A stretch of DNA of 64,000 bases from an uncultured delta proteobacterium (GCA_963845515.1 CAWJSR010000029.1:160001-224000); one strand, 5' to 3'; positions 12,962 through 23,450 are shown, counted from the first letter of the stretch. The notes: generated from the letters alone by a model not told the origin. Made by a program: numbers and translations.

Positions 12962-13072
12962 TCGGCCCTTCTCGTAGCCGTTGTTGGTAAAGCAATCAAG
13001 TACCGCGCCAAAACCATGAGCGGCCCCGGTCGTACCGAGGCCGCCCAGCGGCGCCGACGATGCTGTCTCTGC

Positions 13073-13273
13073 CTAGCCCTTGCGGACGTTGGCCGCCTGC
13101 AGCCCCTTGGGCCCCTGCGTGACGTCGAACTCGACGCGCTCCCCCTCCTTGAGGGTCCGGAACCCGTCCATGTTGATCGCGGTGTGGTGGACGAAGACGT
13201 CCTCGCCACCCTCCTGCGAGATGAAGCCGTAGCCCTTCGCGTCGTTGAACCACTTCACGGTGCCGATTGCCAT
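13073..13273 (-). CDS. cspA: Cold-shock protein (CspA family)
   Basis: [15 protein letters not shown] (RNP1), DVFVHH (RNP2), [10 protein letters not shown]. Confidence 0.95.
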   Translation of the reverse strand: MAIGTVKWFNDAKGYGFISQEGGEDVFVHHTAINMDGFRTLKEGERVEFDVTQGPKGLQAANVRKG

Positions 13274-13453
13274 CGCGATTCTTCCTTCTGGAGTGACTCG
13301 CCGGGTCGACCGCCGACCCTCGGGTGACGAGGGGCAAGGACCCTCGGATCACGGGCGCGAACTATCCACGAAGCGCGCCGTGTCGGTCAAGGTGGGAAGC
13401 AGCGTAATTGCTGGGGAATGTGGACTTCTGCGGTCCTCGGGACGCCGCGCGGG

Positions 13454-13885
13454 TCACTCCTCGTCGGCCTCGCCCAGCGCAGCGAGGAGCGCAGCCGCGC
13501 GCTCGCCGACGGCTCCGTCGACGCCACGCAGCCCGCGCAGCTCCTCGACCGCGGCGCCCCTCCCCTCGCTCCCGCCTAGCAGCACCTCCGCGTGAGCGAG
13601 CCGTACGCCGGGGTCGTCCGGCGCGAGCTGGCGACCCACCTCGGCTGCGAACCGCGCCGCGAGCTCCTTCCCGGTCCGGAGGTGGGCGCGCGCGAGGAGC
13701 GCCCAGGCCGCCGGGTCCCGCGGGTGGACCGCCACCAGCCCCTCGAGCACCTTCTCCGCCTCGGCCGGACGGCCCGACTCGAGGGCCGCCGCGGCGACGC
13801 TGGCGACCAGCTCCTTCACCTCGGGAGGCACCTCCAGCAGCTCCGAGAATGTCGCCCCCGACCCGATCGTATTCGCGTTCTCCAT
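13454..13885 (-). CDS. SycD/LcrH-like TPR chaperone (type III secretion class II chaperone-like)
   Basis: GATFSELLEVPPEVKELVASVAAAALESGRPAEAEKVLEGLVAVHPRD resembles the SycD N-term/TPR1 pattern; small, acidic, about three TPRs; GAGGGGGG RBS; alternative start 13900 overlaps the upstream stop. Confidence 0.7.
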   Translation of the reverse strand: MENANTIGSGATFSELLEVPPEVKELVASVAAAALESGRPAEAEKVLEGLVAVHPRDPAAWALLARAHLRTGKELAARFAAEVGRQLAPDDPGVRLAHAEVLLGGSEGRGAAVEELRGLRGVDGAVGERAAALLAALGEADEE

Positions 13886-13896
13886 CTGGTCCCCCC

Positions 13897-14823
13897 TCAT
13901 CGGACGTTCCCGATGACTGCCATCTTGGTGTCGTGCATCGAGCGCAGGATGTTGGAGACGAGCGAGAACATCTCCTTCTGCTTCTCCTGCAGGATCTGGA
14001 TCTCCGTCATGAGCGCCTTCTCGCTCGTCTCCGACGTCGACGACGAGCCCGCGCTCGACGAGGTCGACGACGACGCCCTGGTCGAAGCGCCCTTGGCCGC
14101 GGTGCCCTTGCTCGCCGCGGCACCCGTCAACCCGGTGAGCGCTCCGCCCGCGATGCCGCCGAGGAGCGGTCCAGCCTTGAGGATGAGCGGCGCGAGCGCG
14201 GGAAGGCCCAGCGCGGTCGCGGCGCCGGCCAGGACCGGTCCAGCGACCTGGCTCGCCAGCTTCGACAGTAAGGAACCGCTCGCCGCCTTCCCGAGCCCAG
14301 CCTTCGAGAGCAGCGTCGTGAGCCCTTCGCCGAGCGCGGCGAGGGTCGACGAGCCGGCGCTCGCGCTCTTCTTGGTCGAGGAGGTGGAGCCGGTCTTGCC
14401 GGCGTCGAGATCGGCGAACTGCTGCAGCTTCTGCTCCAGCTGCTTCTCGTACTTGTCGGAGAGCTGGACCATGAGCCGCGCCAGCTTCTCCTCCACCGAG
14501 AGCCGAGAGTCCTTCAGGAAGGCGAGAGAGCTGCTCGCGCTCGAGGCCGCGGTGCCGGTCGTCGCCCCTGCCGTCCCAGTGATGGCGGTGCGCGTGAGGC
14601 GCGTGAGGAGGGCCCCGAGCTGCTCGGCCTGGCGCTGGGCGCTCGTCTGAGCGAGCCCGCTCCCTGCCGTCGTGGCTGCGCCGGCGACCTTGGGCTTCGC
14701 CCCGCCGCGGCCGATCGCTGCGGCAGCGACGCGTCCTGCGGCCGCCAGGCCGATGCCCGCGAGGCCCGTAGAAGCGGCGGGGAGGGCAGCCGCCCCTGCG
14801 ACGAGGACTTGTCCGATGTTCAT
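13897..14823 (-). CDS. Putative type III-secreted translocator/needle-tail-like protein
   Basis: Ala/Gly/Ser/Thr-rich, coiled-coil SVEEKLARLMVQLSDKYEKQLEQKLQQF, central hydrophobic segment, C-term MFSLVSNILRSMHDTKMAVIGNVR; AAAGGAG RBS; no Sec signal evident. Confidence 0.6.
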   Translation of the reverse strand: MNIGQVLVAGAAALPAASTGLAGIGLAAAGRVAAAAIGRGGAKPKVAGAATTAGSGLAQTSAQRQAEQLGALLTRLTRTAITGTAGATTGTAASSASSSLAFLKDSRLSVEEKLARLMVQLSDKYEKQLEQKLQQFADLDAGKTGSTSSTKKSASAGSSTLAALGEGLTTLLSKAGLGKAASGSLLSKLASQVAGPVLAGAATALGLPALAPLILKAGPLLGGIAGGALTGLTGAAASKGTAAKGASTRASSSTSSSAGSSSTSETSEKALMTEIQILQEKQKEMFSLVSNILRSMHDTKMAVIGNVR

Positions 14824-14867
14824 GTGCGCTCCTTTGCGCGCGAGGGTTGAACGTCGAGCCCCCGTAC

Positions 14868-14883
14868 TGCGGGGCGCGTGCCA
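14868..14883 (-). promoter_or_regulatory. Candidate sigma54 promoter
   Basis: Minus strand TGGCACGCGCCCCGCA: GG-N10-GC spacing with a perfect -24 TGGCAC box, about 45 nt upstream of ATG 14823; -12 box deviates from TTGC. Confidence 0.55.
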
Positions 14884-14999
14884 GCCGCAGCCTGCGCGAT
14901 TCGAGGGGTTTCGCGCCGGGCGCGGTCCGCGGACGGGCCGATCAGTCCGCCACCCGACCGTTTGACCCCGGCGCCGGGGGCAACCTAGATTGCCGCCCC

Positions 15000-15415
15000 A
15001 TGCGCTACCTGGGGATCGACGTCGGCCGGGCACGGATCGGCGTCGCGATCGCCGACAGCCTGCTGCGGACCGCCCGTCCGCTCCAGGTGGTCGAGCGGCG
15101 CGGCGACGCTCCGGATCTGGCCGTCATCGCCGAGGTGGCGGCCGAGTACGAGGTGACGCAGGCGGTGGTGGGCCTCCCGCTCAACATGGACGGCACCGAG
15201 GGACCCTCGGCCGGACTTCGCGCGCCGCTTCGCCTCGAAGCTCGGCGGCTGCGCTGCAGGTCCCGGTCGCGTTCCAGGACGAGCGGCTCTCCACCTTCGA
15301 GGCCGAGTCACGCATGCGCGAGCGCGGCCTCTCGGCCAGGGAGCGCCGGCCGCTGGTCGACGCCGAGGCCGCGGCGGTCATACTGCAGGACTGGCTCGAC
15401 GGGAGCAGCGAATGA
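15000..15415 (+). CDS. ruvX: Putative pre-16S rRNA nuclease / Holliday junction resolvase YqgF (frameshift near 15215-15255)
   Basis: MRYLGIDVGRARIGVAIAD, VVGLPLNMDGTEG, then QDERLST...VDAEAAAVILQDWL in another frame. Confidence 0.9.
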
Positions 15416-16452
15416 AGCGGATGCTCCGCACCATCCTCCTCGCAGGCGTGCTCGCGGCCGTCGTCGTGGGCTTCGGCGCCTGGAAGGTCTTCGGGCGCTT
15501 CCGCGACGCACCCTGGGGGTCCCCAGAGGAGAAGATCGTGGTCGTCCCGTCCGGCGCCTCGCCGCGGACGGTCGTCCGGCTCCTCGCCCGGGCAGGCGTG
15601 GTCTCCGACGACCGGACGGCGTGGCTGCTACGTCCGCTGGTTCCGGCGCGACCCGCGCCCCTTCAAGGCGGGCCAGTACGCCTTCGCCGGCGCGCTGCGC
15701 CCCGACGAGGCGCTGGACCGGATCCACAAGGGCGAGGTGAAGCTCTACCGCTTCACCGTGCCGGAGGGGCTCCGCATCGAGGAGATCGCCGAGATCGTCG
15801 GGCGGAGCGGCCTCGCGACGAGGCCGAGGACGTGGCGCGGCTCGCCCGCGACCCGGCCTTCGCCATCGGCGCTCGACGTCCCCTTCGCCTCGCTGGAGGG
15901 CTACCTCTTCCCCGACACCTACGCCTTCGCGTGGGGCGTCACGCCGCAGCGGATCCTGGAGGCGATGGTCCGCCGGTTCCGCGACGTCCTCGCGGCGTCC
16001 GAGGCGAAGCGGCAGCCCACGGGTCGCTCCTCTCCGAGCGCGAGCTGGTCACGCTGGCCTCCATCGTGGAGAAGGAGACCGGGCAGCCCGCCGAGCGACC
16101 GCGCATCGCCTGCGTCTTCCACAACCGGCTGAAGAAGGGGATGCGGCTCCAGACCGATCCCACCGTGATGTACGCGACCTTCCTGCGGACGGGGCGCTGG
16201 TCGAAGAACATCTCCAAGGCCGACCTGCTCACGCCGCACCCGTACAACACCTACGCGGTCGCCGGCCTCCCGCCCGGCCCCATCGCGAACCCGGGCGCGG
16301 CGGCGGTCGAGGCGGCGCTCTCGCCAAGCGACTGCACGGACCTCTACTTCGTCTCGAAGAACGACGGCACGCACATCTTCTGCCCGGACCTGAAGTGCCA
16401 CAACGCCGCCGTCCAGCAGTGGCAGGTGGAGTTCCACCGCCGCAGGCGGTGA
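15412..16452 (+). CDS. mltG: Endolytic transglycosylase MltG (several indels)
   Basis: N-terminal TM; FTVPEGL, LEGYLFPDTY, LASIVEKET, LQTDPTV, PYNTY..GLPPGPIANPG across frames. Confidence 0.9.
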   Translation: MKRMLRTILLAGVLAAVVVGFGAWKVFGRFRDAPWGSPEEKIVVVPSGASPRTVVRLLARAGVVSDDRTAWLLRPLVPARPAPLQGGPVRLRRRAAPRRGAGPDPQGRGEALPLHRAGGAPHRGDRRDRRAERPRDEAEDVARLARDPAFAIGARRPLRLAGGLPLPRHLRLRVGRHAAADPGGDGPPVPRRPRGVRGEAAAHGSLLSERELVTLASIVEKETGQPAERPRIACVFHNRLKKGMRLQTDPTVMYATFLRTGRWSKNISKADLLTPHPYNTYAVAGLPPGPIANPGAAAVEAALSPSDCTDLYFVSKNDGTHIFCPDLKCHNAAVQQWQVEFHRRRR

Positions 16453-16522
16453 GTGTGCTCTCCCACACGCGCCGGCCGATTCCTGCGGACATCGCTCGCG
16501 GCGTGCTAGTTTCGCCGCCCCG

Positions 16523-17795
16523 ATGACGTCGCCCTTCGACCGGCCGCCCTCCCGCAAACGCCTCGCCGTCGCCGCAGCGCTCGCCCTCGTCGCGCTCCTG
16601 GTGGTGGCGATCGCAGGGGCGCTCGGCAAGGTCCGCGTCCCGCCTCCCCCCGCCGCCGTCGCCGAGCTCCGGCCGGCGCCCGCCGCCTCGCCGCCGCCCG
16701 AGCGGTTCGAGGAGGAGATCCTCCGGCTCGGCCGCAACGAGACCATCTCGGTCGCGCTGGTTCGCGCGAAGGTCGTCCCGGCAGATCTCATGGCGGCGAT
16801 CCAGGCGCTGGAGGGGATCTTCCCCTTCCGCAAGGCTCGCCCCGGCGACCAGCTCCGCGTGGAGCGGCGCGCCGGAGAGGCCGCGCTGCACCGGCTCTCG
16901 ATCCGCCAGGGCCCGATCGACGAGTGGCTGGTCGAGCGCACCCCCGCGGGCACGCTCTCCGCGTCGAAGCGCGACGTGAAGGTCCGGACCGACGTCGACA
17001 GGATCGCCGTCACCGTCCGGAGCAGCCTCTACGAGTCGATCCAGTCCACCCACGAGGATCCAGGCGCTCGCCGTCCTCGCCGCCGACGTCCTCGCCTGGG
17101 ACGTGGACTTCTACCAGGACGTCCGAAACGGCGACCGGATGCGGGTCGTGGTCGAGAAGGTCTACGCCGACGATCGGTTCGTCCGATACGGAGAGGTGCT
17201 GGCCACCGAGTACGACGGCGAGACGACCGGCCGTAAGCGGCTCTTCCGCTACACCGACCCCGAGGGGAAGACGAGCTACTTCGACGAGGACGGCCAGAGC
17301 GCGCAGCGCGGCTTCCTCCGCTCGCCGCTGAAGTACGCGCACATCACGTCCGGCTTCGGCAGCCGCCGCCACCCGCTCAAGGGATTCGTCCAGCGCCACC
17401 CCGCCATCGACTACGGCGCCCCCACCGGCACGCCGGTCTGGGCGGTGGGAGACGGCTCGGTGAAGAGCGCCGGCTGGCTGGGCGACTGCGGCAACGCGGT
17501 CCAGCTCCGCCATCGGAACGGGCTCGAGACGCTCTACTGCCACCTCTCGCGCGTCGGCGTCCGCGCCGGGACCCACGTCAGCCAGAAGCAGGTGATCGGC
17601 TGGGTCGGCTCCACCGGCGCCTCGACCGGCCCCCACCTGCACTACGGCGTGAAGCGCAACGGGGGCTACCTGAACCCGCTCGCGCTCAAGCTCCCGCGCG
17701 AGGCGCCGATCAAGGCGGAGTGGATGGCCGGCTTCCGCGAGCAGATCGGTCCCCTGCGCAACAGGCTCGACTCCGAGCCGGTGGCGATGCGGTAG
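16523..17795 (+). CDS. M23 peptidoglycan endopeptidase (MepM-like), frameshift near 17060
   Basis: TM anchor; HPAIDYG, TLYCHLS, STGPHLHY zinc motifs. Confidence 0.88.
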
Positions 17796-17810
17796 CGGCG
17801 GGAGCACGCC

Positions 17811-18509
17811 ATGCCGACCCAAGACGAACCGCTCCAGACCGTAGCCGACGACGAGATCGAGGAGATCTCGCCCGAGTTCATCCTGGCGGAGGCTGAGCCA
17901 GCTCAGGTCGCAGCGCCGAAGGCGGCGCTGCCCCCCGGGCCCCGGCCGGAGGCACGGCCCGAACCACGGCCGCAACCGGCCCCGGCTCCGGCCCCGAAGG
18001 AACCCCCGCCTCCCGCCGCTCAGGCGGCCCCTCCCGCTGCCCAGCAGGTCGTCTCGCGACGATCCGCCTTCCCGCTCGTCGTGGCCCTCGTCTTCCTGGT
18101 GGCCGGCTTCGGCGGCGGCTTCTTCGCGGGGCGGCTCTGGGAACGTCAGGGCGCAGGCACCGTGGCGGTCGCTCCTCCCTTGAAGACTCCTGCGCCTGAG
18201 GGGGCGCCCACGGACGAGCCTGCGGCCGAGCCGAAGCGCGCTCCGAAGCCCACCAGGCGCACCGGTGCCGCGCGAACGGCTCGCGCGGCCGGCTCGGCGA
18301 TTGAAGGGAAGGGCCGGCTGCAGCTGACCGCCCCCCCCGAGGCGGAGGTGTTCCTGGACGGCCGCAGGGTCGGCCGGGGCTCCATGCGCCTCGACGTCGC
18401 CCCCGGCGCGCACCGCATCGAGGTGAAGGTCGGCAAGTCGCGGGTCAGCGAGCGCTTCGAGGTCTCTCCCAACGAGACCTGGACCTACGAGGTCACGCCT
18501 TCGAAGTAG
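17811..18509 (+). CDS. Membrane-anchored PEGA-like domain protein
   Basis: Acidic/Pro-rich N-term, one TM, C-term AEVFLDGRRVG...PGAHRIEV. Confidence 0.7.
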   Translation: MPTQDEPLQTVADDEIEEISPEFILAEAEPAQVAAPKAALPPGPRPEARPEPRPQPAPAPAPKEPPPPAAQAAPPAAQQVVSRRSAFPLVVALVFLVAGFGGGFFAGRLWERQGAGTVAVAPPLKTPAPEGAPTDEPAAEPKRAPKPTRRTGAARTARAAGSAIEGKGRLQLTAPPEAEVFLDGRRVGRGSMRLDVAPGAHRIEVKVGKSRVSERFEVSPNETWTYEVTPSK

Positions 18510-18620
18510 CTGCACCGCTCCTGCACGATCTCTCCGCAGGGTCTCCCCTCCCCGCTCGCGCAGTCGCTGCCATGGTGTGGACGCCCGCTTCCGGCCAATC
18601 CGGACGCCCGGCAAACGCGC

Positions 18621-19628
18621 ATGGCACTCAAGGCTCGACTCCTCGCGATCGGCACGTTCGTCCTCCTCCCCCTGGCCCTCTGGCTCGCCGGCCTGCGCAG
18701 CAGCACGGCCTCGGTGGCCCACGGGCTGCTCCTCGTCCCGTCGATGCTCCTCGCGGTCGCCCTCCTCTACCGGGCGGTCCGCGCGCGCCGGCGGCTGGCG
18801 ATGGCCGCCTCACTGACCGTGCTCTTCCCTGCGCTGGCCCTGTCGGCGGTCCGTGCGCTGCGCGAGGCGAGGCCCGCGGTCCCGCCCCCGTCCTCGAGGG
18901 CGCTCTCGCTCGTCAGCTACAACCTGCTCTTCAACTCCCGGCCCGAGCGGTCGCTCGCGCTGCTCGGCCGCACCCCTGCCGACGTGTTCTGCCTGCAGGA
19001 GGTGACGCCCTCCTGGGCGAAGCGGCTCGACGCCACGCTCGGTTCGAGCCACCCCCACCGCGCCATGGAAGCGCGATACGGCGCCTACGGGCTCGCCATC
19101 TTCTCGCGCGTCCCGCTCACGCGCCCCACGGTCGTGAAGGAGGGCAGGCGCGTCGCCGGGCAGTGCGTGGCGCTCGCGCTGGAGGCCGGAGAGACGGCGC
19201 TCTGCAACGTGCACCTCTCGTCGCCGGCCGGAGTCGTGGAGCGCGGGACCCGCTGGTTCAGCGGCTTCGACGCCAACGCGCGCGTCCGCGCCCGGCAGTG
19301 GGCGCTGCTCCGCGAGCACGTCGCGCGCAGCTATCCCCAGGCGCGGCACATGATCGTGGCGGGGGACTTCAACACGCTCGACACCGAGCCGCTCTACCGG
19401 ACGATCCGCGGCTCGCTGGTCGACGCCTTCGCGGCCGCGGGCGACGGCTACGGCGGGACCTTCCCCACCGAGCCCACGTCACCCGTCCCGCTCGTCCGGA
19501 TCGACTATGTCTTCGCGAGCCCCGCGCTCGCGCCGCGCGCTGCAGAGGTGCTGCCGCAGGCGGGGTCGGACCACAGGGGGCTGAGGGTGACGCTGGCGGT
19601 GCCGAGGATCGATCCACCTTCACCTTGA
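18621..19628 (+). CDS. Endonuclease/exonuclease/phosphatase family membrane protein
   Basis: TMs, then SYNL, CLQEV, NVHL, VAGDFN, RIDYVF, GSDH. Confidence 0.88.
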   Translation: MALKARLLAIGTFVLLPLALWLAGLRSSTASVAHGLLLVPSMLLAVALLYRAVRARRRLAMAASLTVLFPALALSAVRALREARPAVPPPSSRALSLVSYNLLFNSRPERSLALLGRTPADVFCLQEVTPSWAKRLDATLGSSHPHRAMEARYGAYGLAIFSRVPLTRPTVVKEGRRVAGQCVALALEAGETALCNVHLSSPAGVVERGTRWFSGFDANARVRARQWALLREHVARSYPQARHMIVAGDFNTLDTEPLYRTIRGSLVDAFAAAGDGYGGTFPTEPTSPVPLVRIDYVFASPALAPRAAEVLPQAGSDHRGLRVTLAVPRIDPPSP

Positions 19629-19660
19629 TCCTCTCCCCCGCGGGTGCGCGGGGGAGAGGA
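19617..19660. repeat. REP-like palindromic element (copy 1)
   Basis: CCTTCACCTTGA followed by perfect 14-bp stem TCCTCTCCCCCGCG / CGCGGGGGAGAGGA (19629-19660), between convergent genes. Confidence 0.65.
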
Positions 19661-19683
19661 GGTGCGCGCTCGCCGCCTGGACC

Positions 19684-21567
19684 CTACCGCCTGCGTCGGC
19701 GCGCCTTCTCCGCCGTCAGCGCCTTCCCGTTCCAGTCCTTGCCGTTGAGGGCCGCGACCGCTCCGTCGATCGCCTCGGGGGCGACCTCCAGGAAGGTGTG
19801 GCCACGGCGCAGCTCGACCGCGCGGAGTTCGAGCCCCGGCGCCAGCGCCGCGACCGCCTCGCGGACCTTCGCCTCGTCCGCCCCGTCCTGCTCGCCCAGC
19901 GAGAGGAAGATGCGGGCGCGCTGCGGGCGGCCGTCCTCGGCCTGCTCGCCGGCTTCGGTAGGCTCGGCCCGCACGCGGGCCGGTGCGACCGCGTCCACCT
20001 CGAGGGTCTTCGGGCCGCGCTCGGCGCGCTCCGCGCGCTCCGGACGGCGCTCGCCCCGGTCCCGATCGCGCCCCCGATCACGGTCGCGCTCACGGCGCGG
20101 CTCGCGCTCACCGTGGCCGGCGCGGTCCCTCGCTGCCGCCTCCTTCGCGAAGGCGGCCTCGTGGCGCTCCTTCCGCTCGTGCTCCACCCGCTTGTGCTCG
20201 GCCTTCTGCAGGTCCGTCATCATCTCGATGCGGTGGTGCGTGAAGAAGTACTTGAGGGCGAACGCCGTCAGGTACTCACCGTCCGGCCGGCTGCGGAGGT
20301 CCTGTGCGAGGGGGATGAAGGCCTCGAAGATCGTGGCGCTCATCGCCTCCTTGAGCTCGGCGACGTGGCGCTCGGTCCAGCGCTTGCGCGCCTCCTCGGG
20401 AGGCGGCAGCTGCTTCCGCTCGAAGATGAGGCCGAACTTCTTCTCCAGCACCGTGAGGGTGTGGATCTCGGCGCCGGAGACGATGGAGAGGCTCGTCCCC
20501 TTCTTGCCGATGCGGCCGGTGCGGCCGACCCGGTGCAGGAAGACCGCTGGATCCTCCGGCAGCGAGTAGTTCACGACGTGGGAGAGGTCGGAGATGTCGA
20601 TCCCGCGAGCCGCGATGTCGGTCGCGACCATGAACCGGACCTCGCCCCGCTTCACCTTCGCCATCACCCGCTCGCGCTCCGTCTGCGGCAGGTCGCCGTT
20701 GAGCAGCTCCGCGTCGTAGCCGTTCCGGTTGAGGACGGCGGTCACGAGCGAGGTGTCGTTGCGGGTGTTGCAGAAGACGATCGCCGTCTCCGGCTCCTCG
20801 CTCTCCAGCATGTAGAGGAGGTTGCGGGGCTTCGGGTAGTCGTCGACGGCGGCGTAGATGACGTTGTTGATGTTGTCGACCGAGTACTCGTCGCCGGAGA
20901 GCAGGATCGTCTCGGGGTCGGTCAGGTACTCGCGGATGATCTGCTCGATGTCGGCCGGGACCGTCGCGGAGAAGAGCAGCTGCTGGCAGTCCTCCGGGAG
21001 GTGGTCGAGGATCCTCGTCACCTCCTCGAAGAACCCCATGTTGAGCATCTCGTCGGCCTCGTCGAGCGTCGAGACCATGCACTCGTCGAGCTTCAGCGTC
21101 TTCCGCTTGATGTGATCGAAGATGCGGCCGGGGGTGCCCACCACGATCTCCGCGCCCGCCTTGAGCTTGTCGAGCTGCGCCCCCATCGAGGCGCCGCCGT
21201 AGATGGCGACGACCGAGAGGTCCCGGTGCTTGGCGAGCTCCTCGAACTCCTGCGCGACCTGGATCGCCAGCTCGCGCGTCGGGCACATCGTCAGCGACGA
21301 GACCTTGCGGCGGCCGTCGGGGATCCGATCGAGGATCGGCATCGCGAAGGCGGCGGTCTTGCCGGTGCCGGTCTTGGACCGGACGATGACGTCCTTGCCG
21401 GCGCGGATCGGGGCGTAGGACGAGACCTGGACGGGCGTCGGGCGCTGGTAGCCCTTCTCCGCGACCGCGCGGCGCACGGCCTCCGAGAGGCCGAGCGAGT
21501 CGAAGGATGCTTCAGCGACGTAATCGGAAGGGCGCGCCTCGGGCGCGCCGGCCTGCGTATTCTCCAT
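19684..21567 (-). CDS. DEAD-box RNA helicase with C-terminal RNA-binding (DbpA-like) domain
   Basis: Q motif, TGTGKT, PTRELA, TPGR, LDEADEML, FSAT, ARGID, HRVGRTGR. Confidence 0.93.
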   Translation of the reverse strand: MENTQAGAPEARPSDYVAEASFDSLGLSEAVRRAVAEKGYQRPTPVQVSSYAPIRAGKDVIVRSKTGTGKTAAFAMPILDRIPDGRRKVSSLTMCPTRELAIQVAQEFEELAKHRDLSVVAIYGGASMGAQLDKLKAGAEIVVGTPGRIFDHIKRKTLKLDECMVSTLDEADEMLNMGFFEEVTRILDHLPEDCQQLLFSATVPADIEQIIREYLTDPETILLSGDEYSVDNINNVIYAAVDDYPKPRNLLYMLESEEPETAIVFCNTRNDTSLVTAVLNRNGYDAELLNGDLPQTERERVMAKVKRGEVRFMVATDIAARGIDISDLSHVVNYSLPEDPAVFLHRVGRTGRIGKKGTSLSIVSGAEIHTLTVLEKKFGLIFERKQLPPPEEARKRWTERHVAELKEAMSATIFEAFIPLAQDLRSRPDGEYLTAFALKYFFTHHRIEMMTDLQKAEHKRVEHERKERHEAAFAKEAAARDRAGHGEREPRRERDRDRGRDRDRGERRPERAERAERGPKTLEVDAVAPARVRAEPTEAGEQAEDGRPQRARIFLSLGEQDGADEAKVREAVAALAPGLELRAVELRRGHTFLEVAPEAIDGAVAALNGKDWNGKALTAEKARRRRR

Positions 21568-21765
21568 GTCACCACTCTCAGTCGAGTGGCGCATGGCGGG
21601 GCTCGCCGATTCCGCGGGACGCCCCGTCGTCGGACGGGGGGCCGCGCCGCTTCGCGAGGTCCGCCATGCGCCGGTTTCTTGAATGCCTGTCGCGGCTTGC
21701 GCGAAAGGCGCATCCTCTATACACGATTGACTCGCGCGGCCGCCACCCCAGGCCGCCCGTTGACC

Positions 21766-22725
21766 ATGCCGGACTCCGACGGACAGCACCAGAAGCGGCG
21801 GCGCCCCCTCCCTGCGCTGGCCAGGAGCGAGGGGAGGGACGCGGGGCTCGTCCGCTACGACCCGCTCCGCGCCTACCTCGCCGAGATCTCGCGCCACCCC
21901 CTCCTGTCGCGGGAGGAGGAGCACGAGCTCGCGGTCCGGTACCGCGAGACCGGTGACCTCGAGGCGGCCTACAAGCTGGTCGCGTCGAACCTGCGGCTGG
22001 TGGTCAAGATCGCGAACGAGTACCGGCGCGCCGCCTTCCAGACGCTCGACCTCGTCCAGGAGGGGAACCTCGGGCTGATGCAGGCGGTGAAGAAGTACGA
22101 CCCCTTCAAGGGGGTGAAGCTCTCCTCCTACGCCGCCTGGTGGATCCGCGCGTACATCATCCGCTTCCTCATGGAGAACTGGCGGATGGTGAAGCTCGGC
22201 ACGACCCAGGCCCAGCGGAAGCTGTTCTTCAACCTCTCCAGGGAGCGCGAGAAGCTCCTGGCCCGCGGGATCGATCCGACGCCGCGGCTGCTGGCCAAGA
22301 ACCTCGACGTGCAGGAGCACGACGTCGAGGAGATGAGCGCCCGGATGTCCGGCGAGGACCTCTCCCTCGACGCGCCGGTGCACATGGGCGACGACGACGG
22401 CCAGTCCCGGATGGACCGGCTGCCGGACGGCGCCGGCGCGCCCGCCGACGATCAGATCGGCGACGAGCAGCTGCGCCGGATCTTCCGGGAGAAGCTGGTC
22501 GCCTTCGCGCGGACCATCACCGACGAGAAGGAGCGGTACATCTACGAGCACCGGCTCCTGCCGCCGGAGGGGACCGAGCCGCTCACGCTCCAGGAGATCG
22601 GCGACCGCTACGCGCTGACCCGCGAGCGCGCGCGCCAGATAGAGGCCCGCCTCACAGGCAGGCTGCGTGGCTACCTGAAGGAGGAGATCCCCGACTTCGA
22701 GCTGCTCGCGCCGCCCGGGGACTAG
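21766..22725 (+). CDS. rpoH: RNA polymerase sigma factor, RpoH/sigma32-like
   Basis: SNLRLVVKIA, DLVQEGNLGLM, YAAWWIRA, RpoH box QRKLFFNL, TLQEIG..TRERARQIE. Confidence 0.85.
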   Translation: MPDSDGQHQKRRRPLPALARSEGRDAGLVRYDPLRAYLAEISRHPLLSREEEHELAVRYRETGDLEAAYKLVASNLRLVVKIANEYRRAAFQTLDLVQEGNLGLMQAVKKYDPFKGVKLSSYAAWWIRAYIIRFLMENWRMVKLGTTQAQRKLFFNLSREREKLLARGIDPTPRLLAKNLDVQEHDVEEMSARMSGEDLSLDAPVHMGDDDGQSRMDRLPDGAGAPADDQIGDEQLRRIFREKLVAFARTITDEKERYIYEHRLLPPEGTEPLTLQEIGDRYALTRERARQIEARLTGRLRGYLKEEIPDFELLAPPGD

Positions 22726-22737
22726 CGGCTCCGGGCG

Positions 22738-23440
22738 CTACCGGTCCACCTCCACGCCCAGCTGGGCGCGGTCGTCCGCCGGGTAGCCCTGCGGCTGCCC
22801 GCGACCTCCGGCGCGCCTGGGGGGCCACGCTCTGCCGGCGTGGAAGGCCGCGCCGGCCACCGCCAGGACGGTCCAGGCGGCGAGCAGCGCCATCGGGTGG
22901 CCGGCGAGCTCGGCCGCGATCGGGCGCCTGGCGAGGAGCCCCAGGGCTCCACCCAGGATGGTCGCTGCGCCGAGCCCTCCCGCGGCGAGGGCGGCGACCC
23001 ACTCGCGCAGCGTCGCGCCGATGGCCCCTCCGATGGCGGCGCCCGCGACCGCACCGAGCCAGGGGCGCAAGGCGATCGGGTATCGCCAGCCGACCACGAC
23101 GCCCGGGATGGCCAGGGCGAGCACGGGGAAGGCCGGCGGCCAGCCGGCGCAGACGAGCGCGCCCACTCCGCCAGCGATCCAGAGCAGCTCGGGCTGCACG
23201 GGCGAACCCGGGCCATCGAGCGCGGTCGCCAACAGCCGCGCGGTCACGAGCCCCAGCGCCGCCCCGCCTGGCAGGGCTGAGCACGAGCCGATGCCGCGCG
23301 CCGTGCAGGAGGAAGAGGACACCCACGCCGGCGAGGAGCGCGGCCCACGGCGGCGGCGCCTTCATCGCCAGCCTCGCCACGGCCGAGATGACGCTCGCCG
23401 CCTCGGAGTGGAGCAGCGCCAGCACGCCGGTCGCGGGCAC
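22738..23440 (-). CDS. Multi-TM hypothetical membrane protein (frameshift near 23275)
   Basis: Hydrophobic Gly/Ala-rich TMs split between ORFs 22652..23440 and 22738..23322. Confidence 0.55.
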
Positions 23441-23450
23441 TGTGGCTACC

